A stretch of DNA of 64,000 bases from Planctomycetota bacterium (GTDB lineage: Bacteria; Planctomycetota; JAZDJP01): positions 121,462 through 185,461 of the forward strand of contig JAZDJP010000084.1 of assembly GCA_043803805.1 (NCBI GenBank), in the 5' to 3' direction. Position numbers and translations under genes: made by a program. The notes under the pieces are model-generated. The model made no database searches and had not been told where the DNA came from. It saw only the letters and a list, made by a program, of their open reading frames with translations. Below are positions 44,425-54,459 of this stretch, in pieces. Every line of letters begins with the position of its first letter. Position 1 is the stretch's first letter.

Positions 44425-44997
44425 ATGGAAATTCCAAACCGACAACCCGACATCCTGCATCGGATGGATTCCGTTTCCGACGAGGCGCTTTTCGATCGTT
44501 TCCGCCGATCTCTTGATGAAACGGCATTTGCCGGACTTTCGGATCGTCTGACCGCTTCCGCCCTTTCCTATGCCCGGAGTCTTCTGGGATGCCGCCACGC
44601 CGCGGAGGATGCCGTTCAGGAGGCCTTTCTGCGCGTCATCCGATGCCGGGACCGTTACGACCCGTCCCGGTCGTTCCGGGGGTGGTTTTTCGCCATTTTA
44701 AGAAACGCCTGTCTGGACGAACACCGCCGGCGTCGGCGGGAGAAGAATTCGATGGTCCGCCTCGGCGAGGCTGTGGAATGTTCATCAGAGGGGGAGGATC
44801 CGGGGGAGGTTCTCCGGGCGCTCGACCGCCTTCCCGATGAACTCCGGGAACCCCTGGTCCTCCGTCTCTGGGGGCATTTGGAATTCTGCGAGATTTCCCG
44901 GATCTGCGGATGCTCTCTGGATGCGGTGAAAAAACGAATCCAGCGGGCCCTGGCGCGGCTCCGTGAGAGAATTGCATCATCGGAGTATCTTTCGTAA
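44425..44997 (+). CDS. RNA polymerase sigma-70 factor, ECF subfamily
   Basis: Region 2 block AVQEAFLRVIRCRDRYDPSRSFRGWFFAILRNACLDEHRRRRR and region 4 HTH EFCEISRICGCSLDAVKKRIQRALARLRE. Confidence 0.8.
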   Translation: MEIPNRQPDILHRMDSVSDEALFDRFRRSLDETAFAGLSDRLTASALSYARSLLGCRHAAEDAVQEAFLRVIRCRDRYDPSRSFRGWFFAILRNACLDEHRRRRREKNSMVRLGEAVECSSEGEDPGEVLRALDRLPDELREPLVLRLWGHLEFCEISRICGCSLDAVKKRIQRALARLRERIASSEYLS

Positions 44998-45063
44998 AAT
45001 CCTGAAATTCCTGTCCCGCGGGCATATCCTTTCGCGTAGTCGATATGATGGGGATATCGCGAC

Positions 45064-46461
45064 ATGAACTGCGGCATTGCGGAAAAACATCTTTCTGATC
45101 TGGCGTTGGGCATCCTTTCCGGGGAGACGCGATCCGGTGTGGAGGCCCACGTGGCGGAGTGTGTTATTTGCCAGGTCGAGTTTGACCGATTGCGGGAAAT
45201 CCTGCGGGAGGCGGAGCGCGTGGCGGAACGGGAGGTCCCGGCGGATTTCCGGGATCGTCTCGGCGTCGCTGTCGCGGGGGAGATCGCCCGGGTCCGGGGC
45301 TCTCACCATCGAAACCGGATATTCCGGCGCTGGATCGCCGTGGCGGCGATGATTCTTCTTCTGGTCGGGGCGGGGATGATGCATCTCCGACGGACAACCC
45401 CGCCGGCCCCTGCCGCATCCTCGGAATCGGTCATCGCGCATCCTTTGGAAGCGGTTTGGCGGGCCCGGGCGGAAGGATACGCGGCCGGGCGGTTTTCCCA
45501 TGTTCCGGTTGTTGCCGGGGAACGGGTGTTCGGTGTCCGCATGGCCGGCGGGCGGGAACGCATTTTCGCCCGGGATGCCCGGACCGGCGGGGAATTGTGG
45601 ATTTCCGGAGAGTCTTCCGGGGGCTTTCTTTCCGCCGACGGGGAACGGGTATACGCCATGCGCCGGGAGGCCGGACGGGAGATTCTGACGGCGTATCGCG
45701 GCGGGGATGGCGGACGCCTGTGGGAGGGGGAGGTGGGATCCGTTACGGGCGGGACATGGCATCCCGTTGTCTGCGGAAACGTCGTCGTGGTCGGAAATGG
45801 GGGCATTCTGGCCGCTTACGACGCCGTCACGGGGGCGGAACTGTGGAGGACGGACGGCGCCGGCCCGCGCTCGCGCCCGGCGCAGACGTGCGGGGCGCTG
45901 AATTACGTGACGGCCGGCGGTGTTCTCCGGTCGGTGGAATCACGGACCGGCGCGGTGCGCTGGGAAACGCCGATTCCCGCGGATGACGCCGGCCGGCGGC
46001 AATATGCCGTGACCGCATCCGGGGGGCGTGTGTTCGTTCTGCCGGTGGACGGCGGCACGGGCGACCGGCGCCTTGCGGCCTTCGACGGCGTCACGGGACG
46101 ATTCCTCTGGGAACGGAGAACCGTCGCCGGAATCCATCTGGCGGCCACGGGGGATTTCGTGTTCGTGAAGGGGATGGATCTCGAGGCATTCCGCGCCGCC
46201 GATGGCGCCTCGCTCTGGCGAAAATCCTTCGGGAATTGCGCCCCCGTCACCTGCGGCCGGGATGTGATTTACGCCGTCCGGACCTCGGGACGCGATTCCG
46301 AGGTGGCCGCGGTGGACCCCCGGTCCGGGGGCATCCGATGGACCCAGCAGGTGTCGAAGACCTGCGCCGGAATTCTCCTTGCGGACAATCACGCGTTTCT
46401 TGAAGGTTTGGATGGAATTCTGTATGCTTTCGCTTTCCGTCCCAGAGGCGGGATCATTTAA
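45064..46461 (+). CDS. Anti-sigma factor (zf-HC2 N-terminus, one TM) with a periplasmic PQQ-like beta-propeller domain
   Basis: HVAECVICQ zinc-finger anti-sigma motif, a TM segment WIAVAAMILLLVGAGMM, then repeated ...G.LW/RW... propeller blades. Directly downstream of the ECF sigma gene. Confidence 0.65.
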   Translation: MNCGIAEKHLSDLALGILSGETRSGVEAHVAECVICQVEFDRLREILREAERVAEREVPADFRDRLGVAVAGEIARVRGSHHRNRIFRRWIAVAAMILLLVGAGMMHLRRTTPPAPAASSESVIAHPLEAVWRARAEGYAAGRFSHVPVVAGERVFGVRMAGGRERIFARDARTGGELWISGESSGGFLSADGERVYAMRREAGREILTAYRGGDGGRLWEGEVGSVTGGTWHPVVCGNVVVVGNGGILAAYDAVTGAELWRTDGAGPRSRPAQTCGALNYVTAGGVLRSVESRTGAVRWETPIPADDAGRRQYAVTASGGRVFVLPVDGGTGDRRLAAFDGVTGRFLWERRTVAGIHLAATGDFVFVKGMDLEAFRAADGASLWRKSFGNCAPVTCGRDVIYAVRTSGRDSEVAAVDPRSGGIRWTQQVSKTCAGILLADNHAFLEGLDGILYAFAFRPRGGII

Positions 46462-46474
46462 AAGGGAGAGAGAA

Positions 46475-47860
46475 ATGAGATTTTCCGCGGCGCTATTGCT
46501 GGGGGGGGTGTTGGGAATCACGGGCATTTCGTCGGCGGGGGAGGTCTCCCCGCCCGCCGGAAACGAGTTGGATGCCCTTCGCGGCCGCGTCGAGGCGTTG
46601 GAAAAACAGGTGAATGAGAAAAACACAGGGCATTCGACGGTCACCCTGCCCGGGAGCCGTGGGCTTTCGATTTCGGGCGATTTGCGCCTTCGTTATGAAT
46701 TCCGGCGGATCAAGGGATATGCCAATGCCACTGACCTGGACGCCTCTCCGGATCTTGTCTATGAACGAGCCCGCCTGAAATTCGATGTGGATGTGGCGGA
46801 GGGAATCCGCGCGGTGGTTCAATTGCGGGATTCCCGGCAATGGGGGGAGGAGACGACCCCCACCACGGACATGGAAGGATTGGATCTTCACCAGGGATAC
46901 ATGGCCTTTGAATGGAAGCCGGCCGCCGGCCCGTCATACGCCCTGACCGCCGGACGCCAAGAGATGCGTTTCGGATCGACCCGGATGGTGGCGCTCAACA
47001 GCTGGAACAATACCGGACAGACGTTCGATGGGGTCCGGGGGGATGCCCGGGGGGGACGGATGGAAGGGACGTGTTTTGCGACGATCGTCAAGGAGGGGGG
47101 GGATCACGCGGATGACGACCGGGTGTTCGGAGGGGCGTTTCTGACGGGGAAAATCGGCGCCGCCGGAACGGCCGAGGGGTATCTGTATCACCGGCAATTC
47201 ACCGATAATCTTTGTACCAATGAGTCGGGGCTGACGGGCGATCTGGTGGACACCACCCTGGGCGGACGCTGGACGGGGAAGGGTCGGGGATGGGACGCGG
47301 AAGTGGAAGCGGCCCACCAGTTCGGGACATATGCCCATGACGACGTAAGCGCTTGGATGGCGGTTGTCGGGGGCGGCTGGAAGTTTGAGAATGCCCGGTG
47401 GAAACCCCGCATCGGCCTGGAATACGACTACGCCTCGGGGGACAAGGACCCGGCGGATGGCAAGCATCAGGGATGGGATGATCTTTTTGGATGCCGGCAT
47501 GATGTTCTTGGCTATGCGGACCTCACGGGACGGAGCAACCTTCATGACATCCTGCTACAGGTGACGGCCGCCCCCCGCGCGGACACGGGGCTGGAACTGG
47601 GAATCCACCGGTTCCTGTTGGCCCAGGAGAAGGACGCCTGGCGGACGAGTTCCCTCGGGGTGATGCGCCGGGACCGGACGGGCGCGAGCGGCCGGGATCT
47701 CGGCTGGGAGGCGGACACGGTGGTCCGCTGGAAATCGAAAGTGGTTGAGATCGAGGGCGGCGCGGCCTGGTTCCTGCCGGGGGATTACGTCGAAAAGACC
47801 GGGGCCGGGACGGATTGGGCCGCCGCATGGTATTATCTTCAGATGACGGGGAAATTTTAA
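46475..47860 (+). CDS. Outer-membrane beta-barrel protein, alginate-export (AlgE)-like family
   Basis: Signal peptide MRFSAALLLGGVLGITGISSA. Coiled-coil LDALRGRVEALEKQVNE, then alternating beta-strand pattern. C-terminal aromatic (…TGKF). A GGAG-type RBS precedes the ATG at 46475. Confidence 0.45.
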   Translation: MRFSAALLLGGVLGITGISSAGEVSPPAGNELDALRGRVEALEKQVNEKNTGHSTVTLPGSRGLSISGDLRLRYEFRRIKGYANATDLDASPDLVYERARLKFDVDVAEGIRAVVQLRDSRQWGEETTPTTDMEGLDLHQGYMAFEWKPAAGPSYALTAGRQEMRFGSTRMVALNSWNNTGQTFDGVRGDARGGRMEGTCFATIVKEGGDHADDDRVFGGAFLTGKIGAAGTAEGYLYHRQFTDNLCTNESGLTGDLVDTTLGGRWTGKGRGWDAEVEAAHQFGTYAHDDVSAWMAVVGGGWKFENARWKPRIGLEYDYASGDKDPADGKHQGWDDLFGCRHDVLGYADLTGRSNLHDILLQVTAAPRADTGLELGIHRFLLAQEKDAWRTSSLGVMRRDRTGASGRDLGWEADTVVRWKSKVVEIEGGAAWFLPGDYVEKTGAGTDWAAAWYYLQMTGKF

Positions 47861-47870
47861 CGGATGAACC

Positions 47871-48575
47871 ATGAGGGTATTCCTGGCGAATTTTCGCGGC
47901 AGCCCGGTCATCTTCCGGAACCGGTGGTGGGAGTGGCTGGTGTCCGGCATCGTCGTGGCGGGGCTGTTTTTATTTGTATGGTGGTATCATCATTTGCGGG
48001 GACGCTCTTACGATCTTTTCGCGGCGAACAAGTCCCTCGCCATCGGTTCCTTCATCGCGATCTGTCTCTCGCTTTCTCTGGGGTCTCTGCGTCGGCTGGC
48101 CGGTCTCCCGGAGGTGATATTCCGGTTGCGGCGCCCCCTCGGCGTACTCGCGGTCGTCGCCGTCGTTCTCCATTCCGTGATTTCCCTGTTTTTGTTGCCC
48201 GCACACTTCGGATGGAGTTTCTACGGAAAGAAACCCGTGGCGAGTCTCCTCGGGGGGGCGGCCCTGGTTGGTCTTGGACTCATCGCGGCCACTTCATTCA
48301 AACGGATGTTCGAGCGTCTGGGGCCGGTGGCCTGGAAGCGGATTCATAACCTTGGGTATGTGCTGGTCGGGATGATCATGATTCATTATCTGTTGCTGGG
48401 GAAACCCCAGAACTGGGTGATATGGGTCATGCTCCATGACCAGCCGGTTCCCCCGGGCACGATGCTGGCCTCCGTGTTTGGTCTCGCGGCGCTTCTTCTG
48501 GAGACGATGGACCTGGCGGTGGGATTGTTTCGTCGGGAGGACGGTCCCGGGATGAAATCGGAGGCGATCACGTGA
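47871..48575 (+). CDS. Ferric-reductase-like transmembrane domain protein (MsrQ/YedZ-like)
   Basis: 234 aa with about 6 TM segments and conserved His residues in TM helices (HSVISLF, IMIHYLL). Confidence 0.4.
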   Translation: MRVFLANFRGSPVIFRNRWWEWLVSGIVVAGLFLFVWWYHHLRGRSYDLFAANKSLAIGSFIAICLSLSLGSLRRLAGLPEVIFRLRRPLGVLAVVAVVLHSVISLFLLPAHFGWSFYGKKPVASLLGGAALVGLGLIAATSFKRMFERLGPVAWKRIHNLGYVLVGMIMIHYLLLGKPQNWVIWVMLHDQPVPPGTMLASVFGLAALLLETMDLAVGLFRREDGPGMKSEAIT

Positions 48576-49339
48576 AGAAATTGTTGACTGCGGGAGCGGC
48601 GGCGGGAATTCTTCTGGCGGCGGGGGCCTGCGGCCGGAAGACGCCGCCCCCCGCGCCTCCCGCGACGGAACTGGTGATATTCTGCGGGGGATCGTTCCAG
48701 AAACCCGTGGAGGAATTGCGGGCGAAGTTCACGACCGCCACGGGAATCCCCACAATCATGAGCGTGGGGGGGAGCGAGGATTTTCTTCCCGTCGTCACGA
48801 CGGCGGGCAAGGGGGATGTTCTCATCACCCACGACCCGTTTCTGGATTATGTCCGCGATGCCGGACGCCTCGGCGCCCATGCCCGCGTCGGGACGGTCGC
48901 GCCGGTCCTTGCCGTCCGGAAGGGGAATCCCCTGAAACTGGAGAAGATTGAGGATCTGGCCCGGGAGGGACTTCGCGTGGCCCTTCCCGATCCGAAATAC
49001 TCGACATGCGGGGAAATGGTGGACCATCTTCTCGTGAAAAAGGGTATTCGGGACGGCGTGATGAAAAACGTGGGGACCCGGCTCACCAAGGGGCACGGGC
49101 CCATCGGGACGTTTCTCCAGACGGACGCCGTGGATGCCGCCATCATGTGGAACGGCGTGGCCTGCACGTTTCGGGAATCCGTGGACATTGTGAAGACGGA
49201 CGAGGTTTACGACCGCGAGATCGGGGTTCATGTCATCGGACTGAATTACACGAAATCCCCCGGACTCCTCGCCAAATTCATGGCATTCGCCGGGAAGGAA
49301 GGGGAGAACATTTTCAAGGAGCATGGCTATGCCAAATAG
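48572..49339 (+). CDS. modA: Molybdate/tungstate ABC transporter substrate-binding lipoprotein (ModA-like), copy 1
   Basis: GTG start with GGAGG RBS and lipobox LLAAGACG. SBP_bac_11-type fold (ELVIFCGGSF...DVLITHDPF...). Confidence 0.6.
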   Translation: MKKLLTAGAAAGILLAAGACGRKTPPPAPPATELVIFCGGSFQKPVEELRAKFTTATGIPTIMSVGGSEDFLPVVTTAGKGDVLITHDPFLDYVRDAGRLGAHARVGTVAPVLAVRKGNPLKLEKIEDLAREGLRVALPDPKYSTCGEMVDHLLVKKGIRDGVMKNVGTRLTKGHGPIGTFLQTDAVDAAIMWNGVACTFRESVDIVKTDEVYDREIGVHVIGLNYTKSPGLLAKFMAFAGKEGENIFKEHGYAK

Positions 49340-50153
49340 AATGATGAAATCAGCCATTTTGTCCACCATCGTCCTGTCCCTGGCGGGATGCGGCAAGGCC
49401 ACATCGGTGGCGCCGGTCGCTTCCCCGCCCCCGCCGCCGGAAATCATGCTTTATTGCGGCGCGGCGTTCCGGAAGCCCGCGGAAGAGGCGGTGGCGGCTT
49501 TTGAAAAAACGGAGGGTTGTCGCGTCATCGTGGATTACGCCGGGAGCGAGACGCTTCTGTCCCGGATAAAACTTTCCCGGCAGGGAGATGTCTACTGGCC
49601 GGGCGACAGTTATTATTCGGATCTTGCGGAGAAGGAGGGGCTTATCAGCGTCGGTTCGAGGAAGACCGTGGCCTATTTCGTCCCGTGCATATTTGTCGCC
49701 AGGGGCAACCCGAAAGGGGTGAAGTCGCTCCCGGATTTCCTCCGGGATGACGTCCGCGCGGGGCTGGGTAATCCCAAGGCATGCGCCATCGGGAAGACGT
49801 CGGAAGAACTATTCAAAAAGAACGGAATCCCCTGGGAGAAAATTGGTCCGCAACTTCGATTCCAGTCGGCGACCGTGAACGAACTGGGAACGCAGATCCA
49901 GACCGGGAGTCTGGATGCTGTCGTTCTCTGGGATGCCATCGCGGCGATGTATGCCGAGCACGGGGAGATGGTGGCGATTCCGGTCGAACAAAACATCGTG
50001 GTGACCGTGGACATGGGGGTTCTCACGTTCGCGAAGAACCCGGGCGCGGCGGCAAAATTCGTTGATTTCATGACTTCGGAGAAGGGGCGCGAAATTCTGA
50101 AAAAGCACCAGTTCCGGGTGGACGCGCCTTCCGGATCGCCGGGGAAACCGTGA
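49323..50153 (+). CDS. modA: Molybdate/tungstate ABC transporter substrate-binding lipoprotein (ModA-like), copy 2
   Basis: Lipobox LSLAGCG. A paralogous SBP (IMLYCGAAFRKPAEE...GDVYWPGDSYY) placed tandem to copy 1. Confidence 0.6.
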   Translation: MAMPNRMMKSAILSTIVLSLAGCGKATSVAPVASPPPPPEIMLYCGAAFRKPAEEAVAAFEKTEGCRVIVDYAGSETLLSRIKLSRQGDVYWPGDSYYSDLAEKEGLISVGSRKTVAYFVPCIFVARGNPKGVKSLPDFLRDDVRAGLGNPKACAIGKTSEELFKKNGIPWEKIGPQLRFQSATVNELGTQIQTGSLDAVVLWDAIAAMYAEHGEMVAIPVEQNIVVTVDMGVLTFAKNPGAAAKFVDFMTSEKGREILKKHQFRVDAPSGSPGKP

Positions 50154-50974
50154 AGAACAATCCCGAACCCGTCCGCGGACCCTCCGGCCGGTTTTTCACT
50201 GGGACGGGATTCTTTTTCGTCATTTTATTTGTCGCCTTCCTCGTCATCCTCATCGCGGCGGATGTGTTTTACGTGGACAGGAAGGGCTGGATGTCCGTCG
50301 CGACGGAGCCGTTTGTCCGGGACGCCCTCTGGCTCACCGTGTGGACGAGCGCGTTCTCGACGGCGCTGTGCCTGATCGTCGCGGTCCCCATGGGATACAT
50401 CATGAGCCGCCACCGGTTCCCGGGGCACGTGGTAGTGGATACCCTGGTGGACCTGCCTGTGGTTTTCCCTCCTCTCGTCGCCGGGATGACGCTTCTGGTG
50501 TTTTTCTACCAGACGGAATTCGGCCGGTGGCTGGGAAGGAGGGGGTTGGAGTTCGCTTTCCAGCCCAAAGGCATTGTCCTCTGCCAGTTTTTCCTCTCGG
50601 CCAGTTTCGCCATCCGGGCGGCGCGGACGGCGTTCGACGAGGTGGATCGGCGACTTGAAAATGTCGCGCTCACACTCGGTTGCAACGAGTGGACGGCGTT
50701 TTTCCGGGTGGCGTTGCCTCTGGCCCGGAACGGCATTCTCGCGGGGGGCATACTCGCCTGGATGCGGGCGTTCGGGATATTCGGGCCTCTGATTATTTTT
50801 GTGGGCACCTTTCGCGGGCGGACCGAGGTCCTGAGCACCACCATCCTGCTCGAGCAATCGGTGGGAAATCTGGGAACGGCCCTGGCCATTTCCATCCTGA
50901 TGATATTCCTGGCGCTGGTCGCCATCATCGTGGTTCGCCTCGTGGACCGGCGTCACCGGGAGAGGATGGGATGA
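50150..50974 (+). CDS. modB: Molybdate-type ABC transporter permease
   Basis: 6-TM BPD_transp_1 permease with the EAA-like loop ...AARTAFDEVDRRLENVALTLGCNEW.... Confidence 0.65.
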   Translation: MKNNPEPVRGPSGRFFTGTGFFFVILFVAFLVILIAADVFYVDRKGWMSVATEPFVRDALWLTVWTSAFSTALCLIVAVPMGYIMSRHRFPGHVVVDTLVDLPVVFPPLVAGMTLLVFFYQTEFGRWLGRRGLEFAFQPKGIVLCQFFLSASFAIRAARTAFDEVDRRLENVALTLGCNEWTAFFRVALPLARNGILAGGILAWMRAFGIFGPLIIFVGTFRGRTEVLSTTILLEQSVGNLGTALAISILMIFLALVAIIVVRLVDRRHRERMG

Positions 50975-52002
50975 TCCGCGCCGAACGTCTGGAACTCATC
51001 GCGGGGGACTTCCATCTGGGGGGGATTGATCTGGAGATTTCCCGGGGCGAATACTTCGTCATCCTTGGGCCGACGGGCTCGGGCAAGACGCTTTTTCTCG
51101 AGAGCCTTTGCGGCCTGCGGCGCCTCGCGTCGGGACGGGTCTGGATGGACGGCCGGGACGTGACGGCGCTCGAGCCCCGCCGGCGCAATATCGGATACGT
51201 TCCCCAGGACTACGCGCTCTTCCCGCATCTCACCGTCGGGGAGAATCTCCGTTTCGGCGCGGCCGCGCAGGGCCTTCCGGATCCCGCGGGCAAGGCCTCG
51301 TCCGTGGCGGAACTTCTCGGGATCCGCCCGCTTTTGAATCGGCGCATCCGGGATTTGAGCGGCGGGGAAAAACAACGCGTCGCGTTGGGGCGCGCCCTCG
51401 CCATCGAACCCGATGTGCTTCTGCTCGACGAACCCGTGAGCGCCCTCGACGAGGTGACCCGGGACGCGGTCTGCGCGGAAATCCGGCGGCTTCAGAGGTT
51501 GCTCGGGATGACCACGATTCACGTCAGCCACAATCTCGAGGAGGCGTTTCTCGTGGCGGACCGGGGAGGGATCCTGCGGTCGGGGAAATTCGAGCAGACG
51601 GGAACTCTGGAGGATCTCCTCCGGCGGCCGCGCACCGGGTTCGTCGCCCGGTTCATGCGGTGCGAAAACGTGTTCGAGGGGGATTTCCCGCCGTTGCCGG
51701 CGGCGGCGTTGATGCTGGGGGGCATGGCGATTCATGTCCCCGGCGCCGGGGCGCCGGGGCGCCGGTCGTTTATGATCCGTCCCGAGGACATCATACTCGC
51801 AAAATCGTGCCCGCCTGGAATTCCCTCCATGCCGGTGCGAATCGCGTCTCATGTGGACCGCGGGGCCTTTGTCCGGGTCGAGGCGGAAGGCGACGTCCGC
51901 CTGGTTGTCTACATGACCCCGGCCGCGTTCCGGGAAATCGGGGGCGGGAGCGGAAGCCTTCGCGCCCTCATCCGCCCGGAGGCGGTGCACGTCATCGGGT
52001 GA
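50971..52002 (+). CDS. modC: Molybdate-type ABC transporter ATP-binding protein with a C-terminal TOBE-like domain
   Basis: Walker A GPTGSGKT, signature LSGGEKQRVALGRAL, Walker B LLLDEP. Start ATG overlaps the modB stop. The track ORF 50680..52002 is over-extended. Confidence 0.7.
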   Translation: MIRAERLELIAGDFHLGGIDLEISRGEYFVILGPTGSGKTLFLESLCGLRRLASGRVWMDGRDVTALEPRRRNIGYVPQDYALFPHLTVGENLRFGAAAQGLPDPAGKASSVAELLGIRPLLNRRIRDLSGGEKQRVALGRALAIEPDVLLLDEPVSALDEVTRDAVCAEIRRLQRLLGMTTIHVSHNLEEAFLVADRGGILRSGKFEQTGTLEDLLRRPRTGFVARFMRCENVFEGDFPPLPAAALMLGGMAIHVPGAGAPGRRSFMIRPEDIILAKSCPPGIPSMPVRIASHVDRGAFVRVEAEGDVRLVVYMTPAAFREIGGGSGSLRALIRPEAVHVIG

Positions 52003-52093
52003 GGTCTTCCCGGGGTGAACCGTCCCGTCTCGCGCCGGGTGTTGTGCAATTCCCGGCGGACGTTACAATAATAAAGAGCTAAGGAGCGTCGTC

Positions 52094-53197
52094 ATGAAAC
52101 GGATACTTCTCGGCGTGGCCGCGGCGATTTTGGTTGCCGTGCCGGTTGTTCTGGCCTGCAACATCCCTGTTTTTCGGTATGCCCTGGAGCGGTGGGAGCC
52201 GGATTCTTACGAGTACACCATTTTCACCCGGGGCAAACTTACTCCCGATCAGGAAAAGAACGTGGCCGAACTCGCCAGCCCCTATGGTGACAAGGGACCG
52301 TTCCCGAACCTCCGGGGCCGGGTATGTGACGTTGACGGGAAACTGGACAAGGACATGACGGCGTTATGGGCGGTCCAGAAGGATGCCCCTTTGCCCTGGT
52401 TGGTGCTGCGATATCCGGGCCGTGAAAATGGCGATGAGCAGCGGACGGCCTGGACCGGGGCCTTCACGGAGGAAAACGTCCGACGCATCGTGGATTCTCC
52501 CGCGCGGCGGGAAGTCGCCCGGCGCATCCTGGCCGGAGAATCCGCGGTGTGGGTGATGCTGGAGAGCGGCGACCGGAAGCGGGATGACGCCGCCGTGAAA
52601 ATTCTGGAGGGATCCCTCGTCGGGATGACCCGGAACATCCGCCTTCCCGAGGAAGAGGAATTGGAAGGGGTGGATATGCCGCGGTCCAAAATCCCGCTCA
52701 AAATCGCGTTTTCCACCGTCCGTCTGTCCGCGGCGGACCCGAATGAGGCGGTGTTCAGGGCCATGATTCTCAAGTCGTCCCAGGATCCTTTGCCGGACGG
52801 GGAGCCGGTGGCGATTCCGGTGGTCGGTCGCGGACGGGCCCTTTTCCCCCTGGCTGGGAGCGGCATCAACCCTGAAAGCATCGAGGGGGCGTGTTCGTTT
52901 GCGGCGGGGCCCTGTTCCTGCCAGGTCAAGGATATGAATCCGGGGGTGGACCTCATCATGGCGGTGGACTGGGCGGGGGCTGTCGGCGGTGATCTCACGC
53001 CGACCGAAGCCATGCCGGCCCTCCGCGGATTCTCGGAATTCATGCCCGCGAGTCCGGCGCCCGCGACGCCCGCGGCGGCGCCCCCGGCGCCCGCGGCCGG
53101 CATATCCTTCAGTTTCGGGCTCGTTGTCGTGGCGGGGGTGATCCTCGTCGTGGTGGCTGTGGTGACGATTCTCATCATTTCCAAGCGGGGCCAATGA
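52094..53197 (+). CDS. Hypothetical exported protein with a C-terminal membrane anchor
   Basis: Signal peptide MKRILLGVAAAILVAVPVVLA, a Pro/Ala-rich linker, and a C-terminal hydrophobic tail. Precedes a FtsX/ABC exporter pair and overlaps it by 4 bp. Confidence 0.45.
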   Translation: MKRILLGVAAAILVAVPVVLACNIPVFRYALERWEPDSYEYTIFTRGKLTPDQEKNVAELASPYGDKGPFPNLRGRVCDVDGKLDKDMTALWAVQKDAPLPWLVLRYPGRENGDEQRTAWTGAFTEENVRRIVDSPARREVARRILAGESAVWVMLESGDRKRDDAAVKILEGSLVGMTRNIRLPEEEELEGVDMPRSKIPLKIAFSTVRLSAADPNEAVFRAMILKSSQDPLPDGEPVAIPVVGRGRALFPLAGSGINPESIEGACSFAAGPCSCQVKDMNPGVDLIMAVDWAGAVGGDLTPTEAMPALRGFSEFMPASPAPATPAAAPPAPAAGISFSFGLVVVAGVILVVVAVVTILIISKRGQ

Positions 53198-54459
53198 ACA
53201 TCGCCCGGCTGGTTTTCCGCGAGATTTCCCTGCGTCGGGTCCATTTCGTCCTGGGGTGCCTTTCCGTCGCGGTCGCCGCGGGGATCATCACGGGCACCCT
53301 CGTCCGCCTTCGCGCATACGATCGCGTCACCGAGGCGATGGCGGCCGATCGGGAGCGCGAGACGCGTCGGGAGATGGCGAAACTCGAGGACGACTACCGC
53401 AAAATCACGAAGAATCTCGGCTTCAACGTGCTCATTCTGCCGCGCGAGCAGAATCTCGCCGACCTCTACGCGGACGACTACGCGGTGAAGGATATGCCGG
53501 AGGAATACGCCCAGCGTCTGGCGGATGCCCGCGTGATCACCATCAATCACATTCTTCCGAGCCTTCAGAGAAAAATCAAATGGCTCGAGGCGGACCGGGT
53601 GGTGATTCTCATCGGGACGCGGGGGGAGACGCCCACGGCCGGCGCGGACGCGAAGAAACCGGTCCTCGATCGTGTCGCCCCGGGCACGATGATTCTCGGA
53701 TACGAACTGCATAAAAACCTGAAACTCGCCGAGGGGAGTCCGGTGAAGTTCATGGGCCGGGAATTCACCGTCCGGAAATGCCATCCCGAGCGGGGGACGA
53801 AGGATGACATCACGGTCTGGATCAACCTGAAGGAGGCCCAGGAAATTCTGGCGAGCCCCGGGCGCATCAATGCCATTCTCGCCCTCGAGTGCGTGTGTGC
53901 GGCGGACAGTCTGGAAAAAGTCCGGACGGAGATCGCGAAGGTTCTGCCCGACACCCAGGTCATCGAATTTCGGACCCAGGTGCTCGCCCGGGCGGAGGCC
54001 CGCCGACGGGCGGCCGAGGCCGCGCGGGACGGGGTGGAGGGGGTCCGGCGTGACCGCGCCCTCCAGAAGCGTCAGAGCGAGAAGTTGGTGGCGGTTCTGG
54101 TTCCGCTGATCGCCTTGGCCGCGGCGGCATGGGTGGGGTTCCTCATGTGGGGGAATGTCCGGGAGCGCCGGGCGGAAATCGGGATCCTGCGGGCCATCGG
54201 GCTCCCGGCGGGGCGGATTCTGATTTTGTTTCTCGCTCGCGCGGGACTGATGGGGCTGGCGGGAGGAATGGCCGGGTGGGCGGCGGGGTTTTTCGCCGGG
54301 GTCTGGCGATCGGGCCTGACCGCGTCGGCGCTTTTTGACGCGCGGCTTCTGATTCTGGTGCTCGTCTTTTCTCCGGCGGTCGCGAAGGTGGCGGCATGGA
54401 TTCCGGCGCTCCTGGCGGCCGGGGCGGATCCGGCGGAAATCCTGCGGGAGGGCGTCTGA
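53194..54459 (+). CDS. ABC transporter permease, FtsX/MacB-LolC-like
   Basis: N-terminal TM, a large periplasmic domain, and a C-terminal FtsX 3-TM bundle (GILRAIGLPAGRILILF...). Confidence 0.65.
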   Translation: MNIARLVFREISLRRVHFVLGCLSVAVAAGIITGTLVRLRAYDRVTEAMAADRERETRREMAKLEDDYRKITKNLGFNVLILPREQNLADLYADDYAVKDMPEEYAQRLADARVITINHILPSLQRKIKWLEADRVVILIGTRGETPTAGADAKKPVLDRVAPGTMILGYELHKNLKLAEGSPVKFMGREFTVRKCHPERGTKDDITVWINLKEAQEILASPGRINAILALECVCAADSLEKVRTEIAKVLPDTQVIEFRTQVLARAEARRRAAEAARDGVEGVRRDRALQKRQSEKLVAVLVPLIALAAAAWVGFLMWGNVRERRAEIGILRAIGLPAGRILILFLARAGLMGLAGGMAGWAAGFFAGVWRSGLTASALFDARLLILVLVFSPAVAKVAAWIPALLAAGADPAEILREGV

